Shown here one piece after another: positions 8,631 through 17,703 of a stretch of 64,000 nt of DNA. Source of the DNA: Candidatus Allofournierella merdipullorum (GTDB taxonomy: Bacteria > Bacillota > Clostridia > Oscillospirales > Ruminococcaceae); the NCBI GenBank assembly GCA_019116345.1, contig DXBV01000063.1:17574-81573 (forward strand), written 5' to 3'. The notes beneath the pieces are model-generated. The model had not been told where the DNA came from. It was given only the letters and a program-made list of their open reading frames with translations, and did not search any database. How positions within the stretch are numbered: position 1 is the stretch's first letter; each line of letters begins with the position of its first letter. The position numbers were made by a program, and so were the translations under genes.

Positions 8631-9947
8631 TCAGCTCCGCCCCTGAGCCCGCTTTTCCTCCATCAGCCGCCAAACCTGTTCCGCAATGCGCTGATAGGAG
8701 TATCCGGCCACATACGCCTCGTCCCGCCGGATGGTCACCTCGCCGGTGCGTTTCCACTCCTGGTATTTTTCCAGGATGTAGCCCTTGAGCGCGGGATAGG
8801 TCTCCTCGTGGCGGCACTGTTCGTAGCATACGCCGCCCAGCCGATGGATATTCTGCGCCGGCAGGCTGTGGGGCATGTCCCCCGTGACCACGTACGCGAT
8901 GGGCTTGCCCGTCATCATATATTCGTAGGTCTTGCCGGTCCACATGCACTGGGCGCGGGCCTCGTTCCAGCCCGTTTGCAGCAGCACCGCCGCGCTTTGC
9001 TGCAGCGCGAAAGCCTGCTGGCGGGCAAGGACGCCCTTGTCCTCCAGAAAGGCCTCCGCCCCCTGCTTTTTCGCCATGGCAAGGGCCTCGCGCCCCTGCC
9101 CGCCGGCATAGACGAGGCGGGCGTGCTCCTCGTCCAGCACCCCCTCCTCTTTCAGCTCCCGCAGCAGCCGAAAGAAGACGCCCAGATCGGTTTTCTCCCC
9201 GTACAGCGTGCCGGTGAACACCAGGTCAAAGCGCCGGGGCGGCAGGGACGGCCGCCGCTCCGCCGGGTCGTATCCGTTGGTGACGACCTCCACCCGGGCG
9301 CCGGCGGGCTCGTTGATGTACAGCGAGTCCAGCACCTTGGTGAGGACGTCGGCGGCGGCGCAGTGCCGGCGGACGAAGCGGTCGTGCCGGCGGAACGCCA
9401 GCGGCGCGTCGGTGTGCTTTGCGTAGGGGTCGCGGAAGTCGGCGATCCACACGGCCCGGGGACACCGTTTTTTGATGCGCTCGGCCACCAGATGGGGCCA
9501 GGCGGGGCCATAGGTGGACACGATCACGTCAAAGTCCAGGGTCTTGTCCTTTAAAAAGGCCATCGTCTGGCTGTAGGAGATGCGCTCCTTTTCGTCCCGC
9601 ACCGCCAGCAGCAGCTCCCTTTTCAACAGGGCCGGCTGGACGGGGCTCTGGCTGTACGCCGTTTGCTCCGCGCTTTGCACCTGGCCGGCGTTTTGGTGCT
9701 TGAGGGCCTCGTAGAGCTTCATCCGGCGGCCTTTGGGCACCTGCCAATACCGGTGGAACGCCGCCATGTCCCGCTCCAACAGCACGTCCTTTTTCTGCCC
9801 GCCCGGGCCGAACTCCTTTTGGTCGGTGAGCACCGTGATCTCCGCCTCGGGATGCGCCGCCCGGATGTACTTCGCGATCTTGGTCCACCGCACCGAGGCG
9901 ATGGACTGGAGCGGCGCGATGTATTCGCTGATGATCAGGATCTTCAT
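8631..9947 (-). CDS. Glycosyltransferase (GT-B fold, GT4-like)
   Basis: The ORF track gives 8631-9977. I prefer the internal ATG at 9947 (MKILIISEYIAPLQSIASVRW), a typical GT4 N-terminus. The context is a glycosyltransferase operon. Confidence 0.7.
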   Translation of the reverse strand: MKILIISEYIAPLQSIASVRWTKIAKYIRAAHPEAEITVLTDQKEFGPGGQKKDVLLERDMAAFHRYWQVPKGRRMKLYEALKHQNAGQVQSAEQTAYSQSPVQPALLKRELLLAVRDEKERISYSQTMAFLKDKTLDFDVIVSTYGPAWPHLVAERIKKRCPRAVWIADFRDPYAKHTDAPLAFRRHDRFVRRHCAAADVLTKVLDSLYINEPAGARVEVVTNGYDPAERRPSLPPRRFDLVFTGTLYGEKTDLGVFFRLLRELKEEGVLDEEHARLVYAGGQGREALAMAKKQGAEAFLEDKGVLARQQAFALQQSAAVLLQTGWNEARAQCMWTGKTYEYMMTGKPIAYVVTGDMPHSLPAQNIHRLGGVCYEQCRHEETYPALKGYILEKYQEWKRTGEVTIRRDEAYVAGYSYQRIAEQVWRLMEEKRAQGRS

Positions 9948-9973
9948 CGTATCCGCCTTTTCTCCGCGGCCTC

Positions 9974-10927
9974 TCAAGGCGCGGAATATATTTTTTTGCC
10001 CAGCAGCGCAAGGGCCGCCGCGGCGCGGTTTTTCGCCCGGGCGTTTTTGTCCAGCAGCATCTGCCGCCGGTAGCCCTTTAAAAAGCGCCAGATCCTCTCT
10101 TCCGCCTGCCGCACCGCCTCGTCCGATCGGTCGGCCCCTTTCATCCAGCGCAGCACCTGGCTGTAAGAGCTGAACCTGCGGGCGTTGGCCGCGGGGAGGT
10201 ATTCCGGGCAGTTGGCCTCCACGAAAGCCACGATCTCATCCGCCGCGTCCAGCTGATCGAACATCCGCGGGCTGAAAGTCTGGTGCATGATGCTTTCGGG
10301 GTTCTCCCGGTAGGCGTAGAGCTTTTGGGGGATGTAGACCACCTTGTCCGCCTTATAGAGCACCTTGTATAAGGTGAACAGGTCCTCGTACAGCCGGCCC
10401 CGGGGGAAACGAAAGCCCTCCAAAAGGCTCCGCTGGTAGAGCTTGCCGCAGGCGCTGGTTTCAAAAGGCCGCTGGTAGAGCATACGCTCCATCGCCTCGG
10501 GGCCCGTGAACGCCGCCGCGCCGCCCCGCCGGGGCGGAAAGGGGGCGTCCTCCCGGGCCACCGCCAGCAGATCGCACACCACCACGTCCGCCCGGGCCCG
10601 CCGGGCCTCTTCCAGCAGGGTGGCCGCCAGGTCCGCGGACACCCAGTCGTCGCTGTCCACAAAGGTGACGTACTCCCCTCCTGCCTCCGCAAAGCCCGCG
10701 TTGCGGGCGTCGGACAGGCCGCCGTTGGGTTTGTGAAGAACGCGGATGCGCCGGTCGCAGGCGGCCAGTTCGTCGCAGATCCCGCCGCTGCCGTCGGTGG
10801 AGCCGTCGTCCACCAGGATGATCTCCAGCTCCTCCAGGGTCTGCCGCTGTATGCTGGCCACACATGTATGCAGGTACCGGGCCACGTTGTACACGGGAAC
10901 GATCACACTGACCTTTGCCTGCTTCAT
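9974..10927 (-). CDS. Family-2 glycosyltransferase
   Basis: The real start is MKQAKVSVIVPVYNVARYL...ILVDDGSTDGS...FVDSDDW, with the GT2 DxD-type motifs. ATG 10927-10925 overlaps the upstream stop as ATGA. The 452-aa track ORF (to 11332) is an unsupported extension inside the upstream gene. Confidence 0.9.
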   Translation of the reverse strand: MKQAKVSVIVPVYNVARYLHTCVASIQRQTLEELEIILVDDGSTDGSGGICDELAACDRRIRVLHKPNGGLSDARNAGFAEAGGEYVTFVDSDDWVSADLAATLLEEARRARADVVVCDLLAVAREDAPFPPRRGGAAAFTGPEAMERMLYQRPFETSACGKLYQRSLLEGFRFPRGRLYEDLFTLYKVLYKADKVVYIPQKLYAYRENPESIMHQTFSPRMFDQLDAADEIVAFVEANCPEYLPAANARRFSSYSQVLRWMKGADRSDEAVRQAEERIWRFLKGYRRQMLLDKNARAKNRAAAALALLGKKIYSAP

Positions 10928-12018
10928 GCCCGGGCCCTCCGCAGATAAAATTTCCCCAGCCGGGCGGCCTGTCCGGAAAGCTCCGGGACGGCCGCGCCCC
11001 TGGCCCTGTGTCCCCGGGGCAGGGCGCTGGCCCATTCCGCCGGGTCTTCCAGCGCCAGCTGCCGGGCGTTTTCCGCCACCACAGCCTGTGCCGGCACCCT
11101 GTCGGAAAACAGGCAGGGCAACCCGTTGGCCTGAGCCTCCAGCGCCACCACCGGCAACCCCTCGTAAAGGCTGGGCAGGCAAAACACATCCATGGCGGAG
11201 TAGAGCTTGTTCACATCCGCGCGGGCGCCGGTGAATACCACATCGTCTTGCAGCCCTGATCCCGCGACCTTGTCTTTGATCTGCTGCGCAAGTTCCCCTT
11301 CTCCCACAAGAAGCAGTCTGGCGTTCGGGCATTGCCGTTTGAGCGAAGCAAAGACCTGCACCAGAAACGCGTGGTTCTTGGCATAGGTGAACCGCCCCAC
11401 ATGCCCTGCCACAAACGCCTCCTGCGGTATGCCCAGCTCCCGCCGCAGCCGCGCGCGGGCCGCAGGGTCGAAAGCAAACTTTTCGGTTTCGATGGCATTG
11501 GGCATCACGCGGACCCTGCCCTTTTCAAAAGCCCGGTCACCGTACATCCAGCGCCCGGCTTTTTCGCCGCAGGCAAGCCAATCGGTGGCAAACAGTTTAT
11601 TGAAAGGCCGAAGCAGATACTTCAGCAAGGTCTTTTTGCCCTCGCCCCAGTGGGCGGTGGAGTGGTTGTGGCAGATCCGCACCGGCACGCCGGCGCGCCA
11701 GGCGGCGAACAGCGCGAACACCGACATGGTGGACAGATGGGCGTGGACGATCTGATACCGCCGCTGCCTGAACGCCCGGTACAGCGCCCGGTGGTAGGCC
11801 AGCGGCCGGCTGTAAGGGGGGATGGGGCAGATGCCCGCCCCCAGGCGCTCCAGCTCCGCCCGCTGGGGGAACGTGCTGTTTTCGGCAAAGTAGAAGTCAA
11901 ACTGTATCTGCTCATGGTCGATATGGCGATAATAATTCATCACCACCGTCTCGATGCCGCCGCTGTCCATGCGGTTGAGCACCTGGGCCACCCGCAGAGG
12001 CTGTGCTGCTGTGTTCAT
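10924..12018 (-). CDS. Family-4 glycosyltransferase (EpsF-like)
   Basis: 364-aa ORF with LRVAQVLNRMDSGGIETVVMNYY at the N-terminus and CLPSLYEGLPVVALEAQANGLPCLFSD (EX7E region). SD AGGTGAG lies upstream. Confidence 0.9.
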   Translation of the reverse strand: MNTAAQPLRVAQVLNRMDSGGIETVVMNYYRHIDHEQIQFDFYFAENSTFPQRAELERLGAGICPIPPYSRPLAYHRALYRAFRQRRYQIVHAHLSTMSVFALFAAWRAGVPVRICHNHSTAHWGEGKKTLLKYLLRPFNKLFATDWLACGEKAGRWMYGDRAFEKGRVRVMPNAIETEKFAFDPAARARLRRELGIPQEAFVAGHVGRFTYAKNHAFLVQVFASLKRQCPNARLLLVGEGELAQQIKDKVAGSGLQDDVVFTGARADVNKLYSAMDVFCLPSLYEGLPVVALEAQANGLPCLFSDRVPAQAVVAENARQLALEDPAEWASALPRGHRARGAAVPELSGQAARLGKFYLRRARA

Positions 12019-12036
12019 CCGGCGCTCACCTGCCCT

Positions 12037-13428
12037 TTATGCGATCTTCTCGTCGTTCTTCATGCCGCCGAAAACGGTCATGAAAAGGATCTTCACGTCC
12101 AGCCAGAGGCTCCAGTTCTCGATGTACCAGATGTCGTACTTCACCCGTTTCTCGATGCTGGTGTCCCCCCGCAGGCCGTTCACCTGGGCCCAGCCGGTGA
12201 TGCCCGGCCGCACCTGCTGGCGCACCAGATAGAGGGGGATCTCCTCCTTGAAGTGGTTCACATGGAACGGGATCTCCGGCCGGGGGCCGATGAGGCTCAT
12301 GTCCCCCTTGAGCACGTTGAAGAACTGGGGCAGCTCGTCGATGCTGTACTTGCGGATGAAGCTGCCGAACCGGGTCTTGCGGGGGTCGGCGTTGGTGCTC
12401 CAGCCGGTGTCCTCGGTGCCGGTGATCCGCATACTGCGGAACTTGTACATCCGAAAGATCTTTTTGTCACGGCCCACCCGCTCCTGCCGGAAGAGGATGG
12501 GCCCCGGGCTGGAAAGCCGCACGCCGATGGCCGCGAAGAGCATCACCGGGCTGGTGAGCACGATCAGCACCAGCGAGCCGACGATGTCCATGCAGCGCTT
12601 GACGATCCGCCAGAGCACGTTGTCCAGCGGGGTGGTCCGCATATTGATCAGCTTGGTGCGGCCCACCACGTCGATGGTGGGGTGGTCGGGGATGAAGTCG
12701 TTGTAAAAGGGGATGATGCTGATCCGCACGCCGGTCTTGTCGGCGGTGGCCAGCACCTGGCGCATGAAGCCGATCTCGTCCGGCTCCAGCGCCGCCACCA
12801 CCTCGTCCACCCCGCCGGCGCTGAGCACCGCCTCCAGCTGCTCAAAGGCGCCCAGCCGCGGCCCCAGACCGGGGCACTCCCGTTCGCTCACATAGCCGTC
12901 CAGCGCAAAGCCCATGTGGGGGTTGCGGCGCAGGTCCTCGGCGTACTGGCAGGCAAAGTGGCCGCTGCCCACCACCACCACATGTTTCTGGTTGTAGCCC
13001 AGCTTGCGGTAGTGGCGCAAAAAGCTGCGCACCACCGCCCGCTTGCCGATGACCAGCAGGGTGGAATACAGCCAGAAGAGGAACAGCGCCACCCGGGAGA
13101 ATTCACTCATCCGCACCAGGTACATCAGCGCCATAAGGGCCAGCACGCCCACCCCGTTGATCAGCCCGATGGTGAGGCTCTCGGTGCCCATCTCCTTGAA
13201 CCGGTAGGAGCCGTAGAGCCGGGCGAACAGGTACACCGCCACGATCGCCCCGCTGTATGCCAGCGCCATGCCCCAGTACAGGGGCTCGTCGATCCAGACA
13301 AGGGCGCCCTGGTGGCCGTCGATCAGGAAATACTTGGTGAACAGGGCGGCAAAATAGGCCGCAAAGATCAGCAGCGCGTCCGAGAGCAGGTTCAGTTCAT
13401 TGACCAGCCGCTGGTTTTTTCGGATCAT
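12037..13428 (-). CDS. Initiating polyprenyl-phosphate hexose-1-phosphate transferase (WcaJ/EpsL/CpsE-like bacterial sugar transferase)
   Basis: 463 aa with N-terminal TM helices. The C-terminal bacterial sugar-transferase domain reads KRCMDIVGSLVLIVLTSPVMLFAAIGVRLSSPGPILFRQERVGRDKKIFRMYKFRSM...PGITGWAQVNG. It is the first gene of the minus-strand operon. Confidence 0.9.
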   Translation of the reverse strand: MIRKNQRLVNELNLLSDALLIFAAYFAALFTKYFLIDGHQGALVWIDEPLYWGMALAYSGAIVAVYLFARLYGSYRFKEMGTESLTIGLINGVGVLALMALMYLVRMSEFSRVALFLFWLYSTLLVIGKRAVVRSFLRHYRKLGYNQKHVVVVGSGHFACQYAEDLRRNPHMGFALDGYVSERECPGLGPRLGAFEQLEAVLSAGGVDEVVAALEPDEIGFMRQVLATADKTGVRISIIPFYNDFIPDHPTIDVVGRTKLINMRTTPLDNVLWRIVKRCMDIVGSLVLIVLTSPVMLFAAIGVRLSSPGPILFRQERVGRDKKIFRMYKFRSMRITGTEDTGWSTNADPRKTRFGSFIRKYSIDELPQFFNVLKGDMSLIGPRPEIPFHVNHFKEEIPLYLVRQQVRPGITGWAQVNGLRGDTSIEKRVKYDIWYIENWSLWLDVKILFMTVFGGMKNDEKIA

Positions 13429-13474
13429 CCCTGTTTCCCCTTTCTTCGGATCTTTTCGCCGGTATATCTGATTT

Positions 13475-13502
13475 ATTATACCACAAAGCCCCCTGTTTCC
13501 AA
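13475..13502 (-). promoter_or_regulatory. Predicted promoter of the glycosyltransferase operon
   Basis: Minus strand: TTGGAA (13502-13497), 16-nt spacer, extended -10 TGGTATAAT (TATAAT = 13480-13475). Confidence 0.4.
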
Positions 13503-13534
13503 GCTGATCGCGGCCATTTTGCGCCGCCCGGCGC

Positions 13535-16117
13535 TCAGCCCCGGCGGGCGTTGTGTTCGGCGATGATGCGCTCGATCTGGCGCGCCGTGTCCTCCACCTC
13601 CCGGCGGAACATCCGGCTGGAGACCCGCAGGGTGCCGTGGCCCAGGATGATCAGCTGTTCGGCGCCGTCGCTGGTGACCACCCGCACCCGGCGCTCCTTT
13701 TCCAGTTTGCCCAGCTCGTAGGTCACCTTTTCAATGTAGGCGTCGGCGGTCTCCGCCTCTTTGGTATAGACCACCCAGACGCCCCCCTGCCGCTCCACGC
13801 CGCCGGCGCCGCCGGACACCCGCCAGGCGTCGAAGACCAGGATCAGGGTACACTGGTGGAACCCCTGGTAGTTGCAGAGGATCTGGATGAGCGCCTCCCG
13901 GGCGGCACAGAGATCCCGGCCGGCCAGCTCTTTCAGGTCCGGCCAGTCGAAGATCACGTTGTAGCCGTCCACCAGCAGATACTCCCTCTTTTCTTTCCAG
14001 GGGGCCGCCGGGGGCGCCGGCGTCTGCTCCCGGGCGCTGCGGAACAGCTCCCGCCGCTGCACCGGGCCGTAGGTGCGCTCGAAGATGGCCGCCAGCTGGG
14101 CGTCCTCCTCCAGGCTGCCCGACGCTGGGCGGGCGGCGGGCGCCGGCGCGGGCGCCGGGGGCTCTTCTTCGGCCTCCAGCCGCACCCGATTCTCCAGGTG
14201 CATTTTTGCAGCTGCTTCCCGCCAGGGCACCACCACCCCTGCTCCGTGACTGCAAAACACGGAGTCAGCGGGGTTTTCGGTGTCCCGCTCGGGATCATAC
14301 CCAACCGCCGCGATGACCTGCTCCGCGTTATGGCAGGGCTCGTAGCCCTTCACCGTAACGCTCAGCCGTCCGTCGCCCTTGGTGTAAGCCGCCACCTGGG
14401 CGGCGTAGCCGGTCATCTCCGACACTGGCGCCTCGCCCGTGAGCAAAGCAGTCTCGCCCAGCGTCTCGGGCGGGTCGAACCGGCCGCTCATCCGCTGCAC
14501 ATCCGCCATGGCGCGGCCGAGATTTGCAGCGGGCACCTCCAATCGGAAGGCATACCAAGGTTCCAGCAGAACATTCTCTGCCTGCATCAATCCGTGCCGC
14601 AGTGCCCGGAAGGTGGCCTGGCGGAAATCGCCGCCCTCGGTGTGTTTCAGGTGCGCTTTGCCCGCCACCAACGTGATTTTGATGTCAGTGATGGGGCTGC
14701 CGGTAAGCACGCCCGGATGCCGACGTTCCGCCAGGTGGCTCAAAATCAGCCGCTGCCAGTTTCCATCCAGCTCGTCCTCGCTGACGGCGCTTTCCAGCAC
14801 AAGGCCGCTGCCCCGCTCGCCCGGCTCCAGCAGCAGATGCACCTCGGCGTAGTGGCGCAGGGGCTCGAAGTGGCCCATGCCCACCACCGGGGCGGCGATG
14901 GTCTCCTTGTAAACGATGCTGCCCGGGCCAAAGGACGCCTCCAGCCCGAAGCGGCTTTTCAGCTGGTGGGCCAGCACCTCCTGCTGGACCTTGCCCATCA
15001 GCCGCGCCTGTACCCGGCCGGCGGCCTCGTTCCACTCCACCTGCAAAAGGGGGTCCTCCTGCTCCAGCAGCCGCAGCTTTGCCAGCAGGGTGGCCTCGTC
15101 GCATCCCGCCGGGGGCAGCACCTGGCAGGCCAGCACCGGCTCCAGGGCGGGGGCGGCGGCATTCTCCTCCTCCCCCAGCCCCTCGCCGGGCCAGGTGTGC
15201 TCCAGGCCGGTGACGGCGCACACCGTGCCCGCCGCGGCCTCGGCCAGGGGGGCGTATTTCGCGCCGGAGTACAGCCGCAGGCCGTCCGCTTTCTGCTGCC
15301 AGGCTTCGCCGGCGGCGGTGCGGCCCGAGAGCAGGGTCTTGGCTTTCAGGCTGCCGCCGGTGACCTTGATGTGGGTCAGCCGCGCGCCGGCCTCGTCCCG
15401 GGATATTTTAAACACCCGGGCCCCGAAAGCCGCCGGCCACACCGGCACGGGGGCCCACCGCTCCAGCCCCGCCAGCAGCTCCTCCACCCCCTGCAATTTA
15501 AGGGCCGAGCCGAACCAGCAGGGAAAGGCCCGCCGGGCGGCGATGAGGCCGGCAATGGTCCCCTCGCCCAGCGCGCCTGTGTCCAGGTATTCCTCCAGCG
15601 CGGCCTCGTCCAGGCCGGCCAGCTCCTCGGCCAATTCCCCGGCGGGCAGCGAAAAGTCCGCGAAGCCGCCGCCAAAGGCGGCGGTGAGCGCCGCCAGCAC
15701 CGCCGCCCGGTCTGCCCCCGGCAGGTCCATCTTGTTGACGAACACAAAGGTGGGCACCCGGTGGCGCGCCAGCAGCCGCCACAGGGTGCGGGTGTGGCTC
15801 TGCACCCCGTCGGTGCCGCTGACCACCAGCACCGCGCAGTCCAGCACCTCCAGGGTGCGCTCGGCCTCGGCGGAAAAATCCACGTGGCCGGGGGTGTCCA
15901 GCAGGGTGATCAATGCGCCGGGCAGCGGAAGCACTGCCTGTTTGGCAAAGATGGTGATGCCCCGGCGGCGTTCCAGCGCGTCGGTGTCCAGAAAGGCGTC
16001 TCCGTGGTCCACACGGCCGGGCTTTTTCAGCCGCCCGCCCCGGTAGAGCAGCGCTTCGCTGAGCGTGGTCTTGCCGGCATCCACATGAGCCAGGATACCA
16101 ACGGTGATGCGTTTCAT
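13535..16117 (-). CDS. Translational GTPase (EF-G/Tet(M) ribosomal-protection-like) fused to a C-terminal YacP/Rae1-type NYN ribonuclease domain
   Basis: Start ATG 16117 is preceded by GGGGAGAA (the track ORF starts at 16180). GTPase motifs are G1 AHVDAGKTT, G3 DTPGH and G4 NKMD, followed by EF-G-like domains II-V. A Pro/Ala linker EAEEEPPAPAPAPAARP follows. The last ~165 aa read YLLVDGYNVI..LVFDA..YTKEAETADAYIEK..VVTSDGAEQ, matching YacP/Rae1 NYN blocks. Confidence 0.85.
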   Translation of the reverse strand: MKRITVGILAHVDAGKTTLSEALLYRGGRLKKPGRVDHGDAFLDTDALERRRGITIFAKQAVLPLPGALITLLDTPGHVDFSAEAERTLEVLDCAVLVVSGTDGVQSHTRTLWRLLARHRVPTFVFVNKMDLPGADRAAVLAALTAAFGGGFADFSLPAGELAEELAGLDEAALEEYLDTGALGEGTIAGLIAARRAFPCWFGSALKLQGVEELLAGLERWAPVPVWPAAFGARVFKISRDEAGARLTHIKVTGGSLKAKTLLSGRTAAGEAWQQKADGLRLYSGAKYAPLAEAAAGTVCAVTGLEHTWPGEGLGEEENAAAPALEPVLACQVLPPAGCDEATLLAKLRLLEQEDPLLQVEWNEAAGRVQARLMGKVQQEVLAHQLKSRFGLEASFGPGSIVYKETIAAPVVGMGHFEPLRHYAEVHLLLEPGERGSGLVLESAVSEDELDGNWQRLILSHLAERRHPGVLTGSPITDIKITLVAGKAHLKHTEGGDFRQATFRALRHGLMQAENVLLEPWYAFRLEVPAANLGRAMADVQRMSGRFDPPETLGETALLTGEAPVSEMTGYAAQVAAYTKGDGRLSVTVKGYEPCHNAEQVIAAVGYDPERDTENPADSVFCSHGAGVVVPWREAAAKMHLENRVRLEAEEEPPAPAPAPAARPASGSLEEDAQLAAIFERTYGPVQRRELFRSAREQTPAPPAAPWKEKREYLLVDGYNVIFDWPDLKELAGRDLCAAREALIQILCNYQGFHQCTLILVFDAWRVSGGAGGVERQGGVWVVYTKEAETADAYIEKVTYELGKLEKERRVRVVTSDGAEQLIILGHGTLRVSSRMFRREVEDTARQIERIIAEHNARRG

Positions 16118-16240
16118 GTCGTATTCTCCCCGCTTCGTTCTCTTCTTCTGTATTGTATCATACTTTGATAAAATGTCCATTGCAACAGGAGCGCCAGATG
16201 CTTTATAATAACAGGGGCAATCCTTTGGAGGTGACCGCTG

Positions 16241-17659
16241 TTGCGATTCAAAATACTGAAAGGCCGCTCCGCCGGGTGGTGGGGTTGTGCCGCGGTTTTG
16301 GGCATCGCATTTTTTGCGATGCTGGTGTTCAATTTCCTCACACCGCTGATCTCAGACGACTACACCTATCTTCTCCGATATCCCACCAGCGAGCCGGTGG
16401 AGAATTTGGGCGACATTATTGAGTCTCAGATTGCCCACTACATGCAGTGGGGCGGGCGGACCATTGTCATCAGCCTGAACCAGATTTTTCTATGGCTCGG
16501 CAAGTGGCTTTTTAACCCGTTGAACGCCGCCATGTTCTGCGTCTTCGTTTGGGCCTGCGCCAAGCTGGCCGTCGGTCGCCGGCCGGTCCATCCCCTCCTT
16601 CTGGTGGTCGTGCTGGCCGCGCTGGTCCATTTCAATCCCTGCTTTGGCGCGGTGAACCTGTGGCTGTGCGGCTCCTGTGGGTATCTGTGGCCTCTTGCTC
16701 TGTGTCTGTTGTTCTTACTTCCTTATCGTCTGGCGCTGGACGGACTGGAACTGCGGGGTGCCGGGGCTGCCGCGGGCATTTTCTTTCTCGGACTTGCCGC
16801 CGGCTGGGGCAACGAAAACACCAGCGGCATGGCAGTGCTGGCCGCAGCGGTCTTTCTGGTCTTGCTGCGGGTTTTCCTCAAAAAGGTTCCTCTGTGGGCG
16901 TGGACCGGCGCGGCGGGCTGTCTTACAGGTTTTCTTCTGCTGATGTGCGCGCCCGGGCAATGGGTGCGTTTTGAATACGCCGGCAGCGACGGGCGCAGCT
17001 TTTTGACCGTATATGCCACCCGCATCATGAACGCGACCCACAGCCTGTTTCTCTACGGTGCCTGGCTGCTGGTGGCCTTCGGAGCATTGTACGGCCTGCT
17101 CATCCTGACAAAGCCCGGCGCAAAGGCGCTGGTGCTGCCGGCAGTGTTCTGTCTCCTGGGCCTGGCGGCAAACTACGCGCTGATTCTCTCTCCTGTATAT
17201 TACATTCGTTCCTTCTACCCCGTTCTGGCGATGCTGGTCTGCGCCGATGCCGGTTGCATCGCTGCCTTGGCGCAGACCCGTGTGGACACAGACCGCCTGC
17301 TGCGCGGCGCCCTTGCCGGGCTGTTCAGCGTGGTGCTCGTCTACGATCTTGCGATTGGCGGCTATGACATACTGAACTATTTCACCATGCGCCTTGTGCG
17401 GGACGGGGAGATCACCGCGGCGGTGCAGGCCGGCGAGACGGACGTGGAAACTTATGCGGTGTTCCCCTACACCCGCTTCTGCGGCGCCTGGGGCCAACCG
17501 GATATCCGTCAGGATCCCGGCAACTGGGTGAACAAAAACATGGCCCTGCACCTGGGTGCGGGCAGCATCCGCGCCGTGGAACAGCACTACTACCCCTTCC
17601 CCGGTTACGATGATTTTTCCAACACAGTGGACAAAGAGATGAGCCTCGCGCTGGAATAA
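16241..17659 (+). CDS. Polytopic membrane protein, putative GT-C-fold polysaccharide glycosyltransferase (DUF6056-like), paralog 1
   Basis: 472 aa with a TTG start 7 nt after GGAGGTG. It is multi-TM with an N-terminal LTPLISDDYTY loop motif, NLWLCGSCGYLW, AGWGNENTS, ILSPVYY and C-terminal PYTRFCGAWGQPDIRQDPGNWV. It is a clear paralog of 19287-20636. Confidence 0.7.
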   Translation: MRFKILKGRSAGWWGCAAVLGIAFFAMLVFNFLTPLISDDYTYLLRYPTSEPVENLGDIIESQIAHYMQWGGRTIVISLNQIFLWLGKWLFNPLNAAMFCVFVWACAKLAVGRRPVHPLLLVVVLAALVHFNPCFGAVNLWLCGSCGYLWPLALCLLFLLPYRLALDGLELRGAGAAAGIFFLGLAAGWGNENTSGMAVLAAAVFLVLLRVFLKKVPLWAWTGAAGCLTGFLLLMCAPGQWVRFEYAGSDGRSFLTVYATRIMNATHSLFLYGAWLLVAFGALYGLLILTKPGAKALVLPAVFCLLGLAANYALILSPVYYIRSFYPVLAMLVCADAGCIAALAQTRVDTDRLLRGALAGLFSVVLVYDLAIGGYDILNYFTMRLVRDGEITAAVQAGETDVETYAVFPYTRFCGAWGQPDIRQDPGNWVNKNMALHLGAGSIRAVEQHYYPFPGYDDFSNTVDKEMSLALE

Positions 17660-17669
17660 AAAACAAAAG

Positions 17670-17702
17670 CCTCCCCGCGAACGAACCGCGGGGAGGTTTT
17701 TT
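17670..17702. terminator. Bidirectional intrinsic terminator
   Basis: CCTCCCCGCG (17670-17679) pairs with CGCGGGGAGG (17687-17696). A T-run lies at 17697-17702 and an A-rich run lies upstream. It sits between convergent genes. Confidence 0.8.
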
Positions 17703-17703
17703 G

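Noticed and set aside
9974-11332. N-terminally extended versions of real genes in the ORF track. Examples: 9974-11332, 26808-28130, 30635-32128, 38716-41238, 44135-45109, 44854-45936, 49802-50536, 46231-46977, 61801-62472.
   Set aside because: The extensions overlap the preceding gene in another frame and are Arg/Gly/Pro-rich. Internal starts have good SD sites and give canonical family N-termini.
13535-16117. Calling the GTPase a tet(M)/tet(W)-type tetracycline-resistance determinant.
   Set aside because: Only the general EF-G/ribosomal-protection architecture is recognisable by eye. The gene carries an extra NYN nuclease domain and sits in a chromosomal context without mobile-element genes. 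Resistance cannot be inferred without alignment to known Tet proteins or an MIC test.
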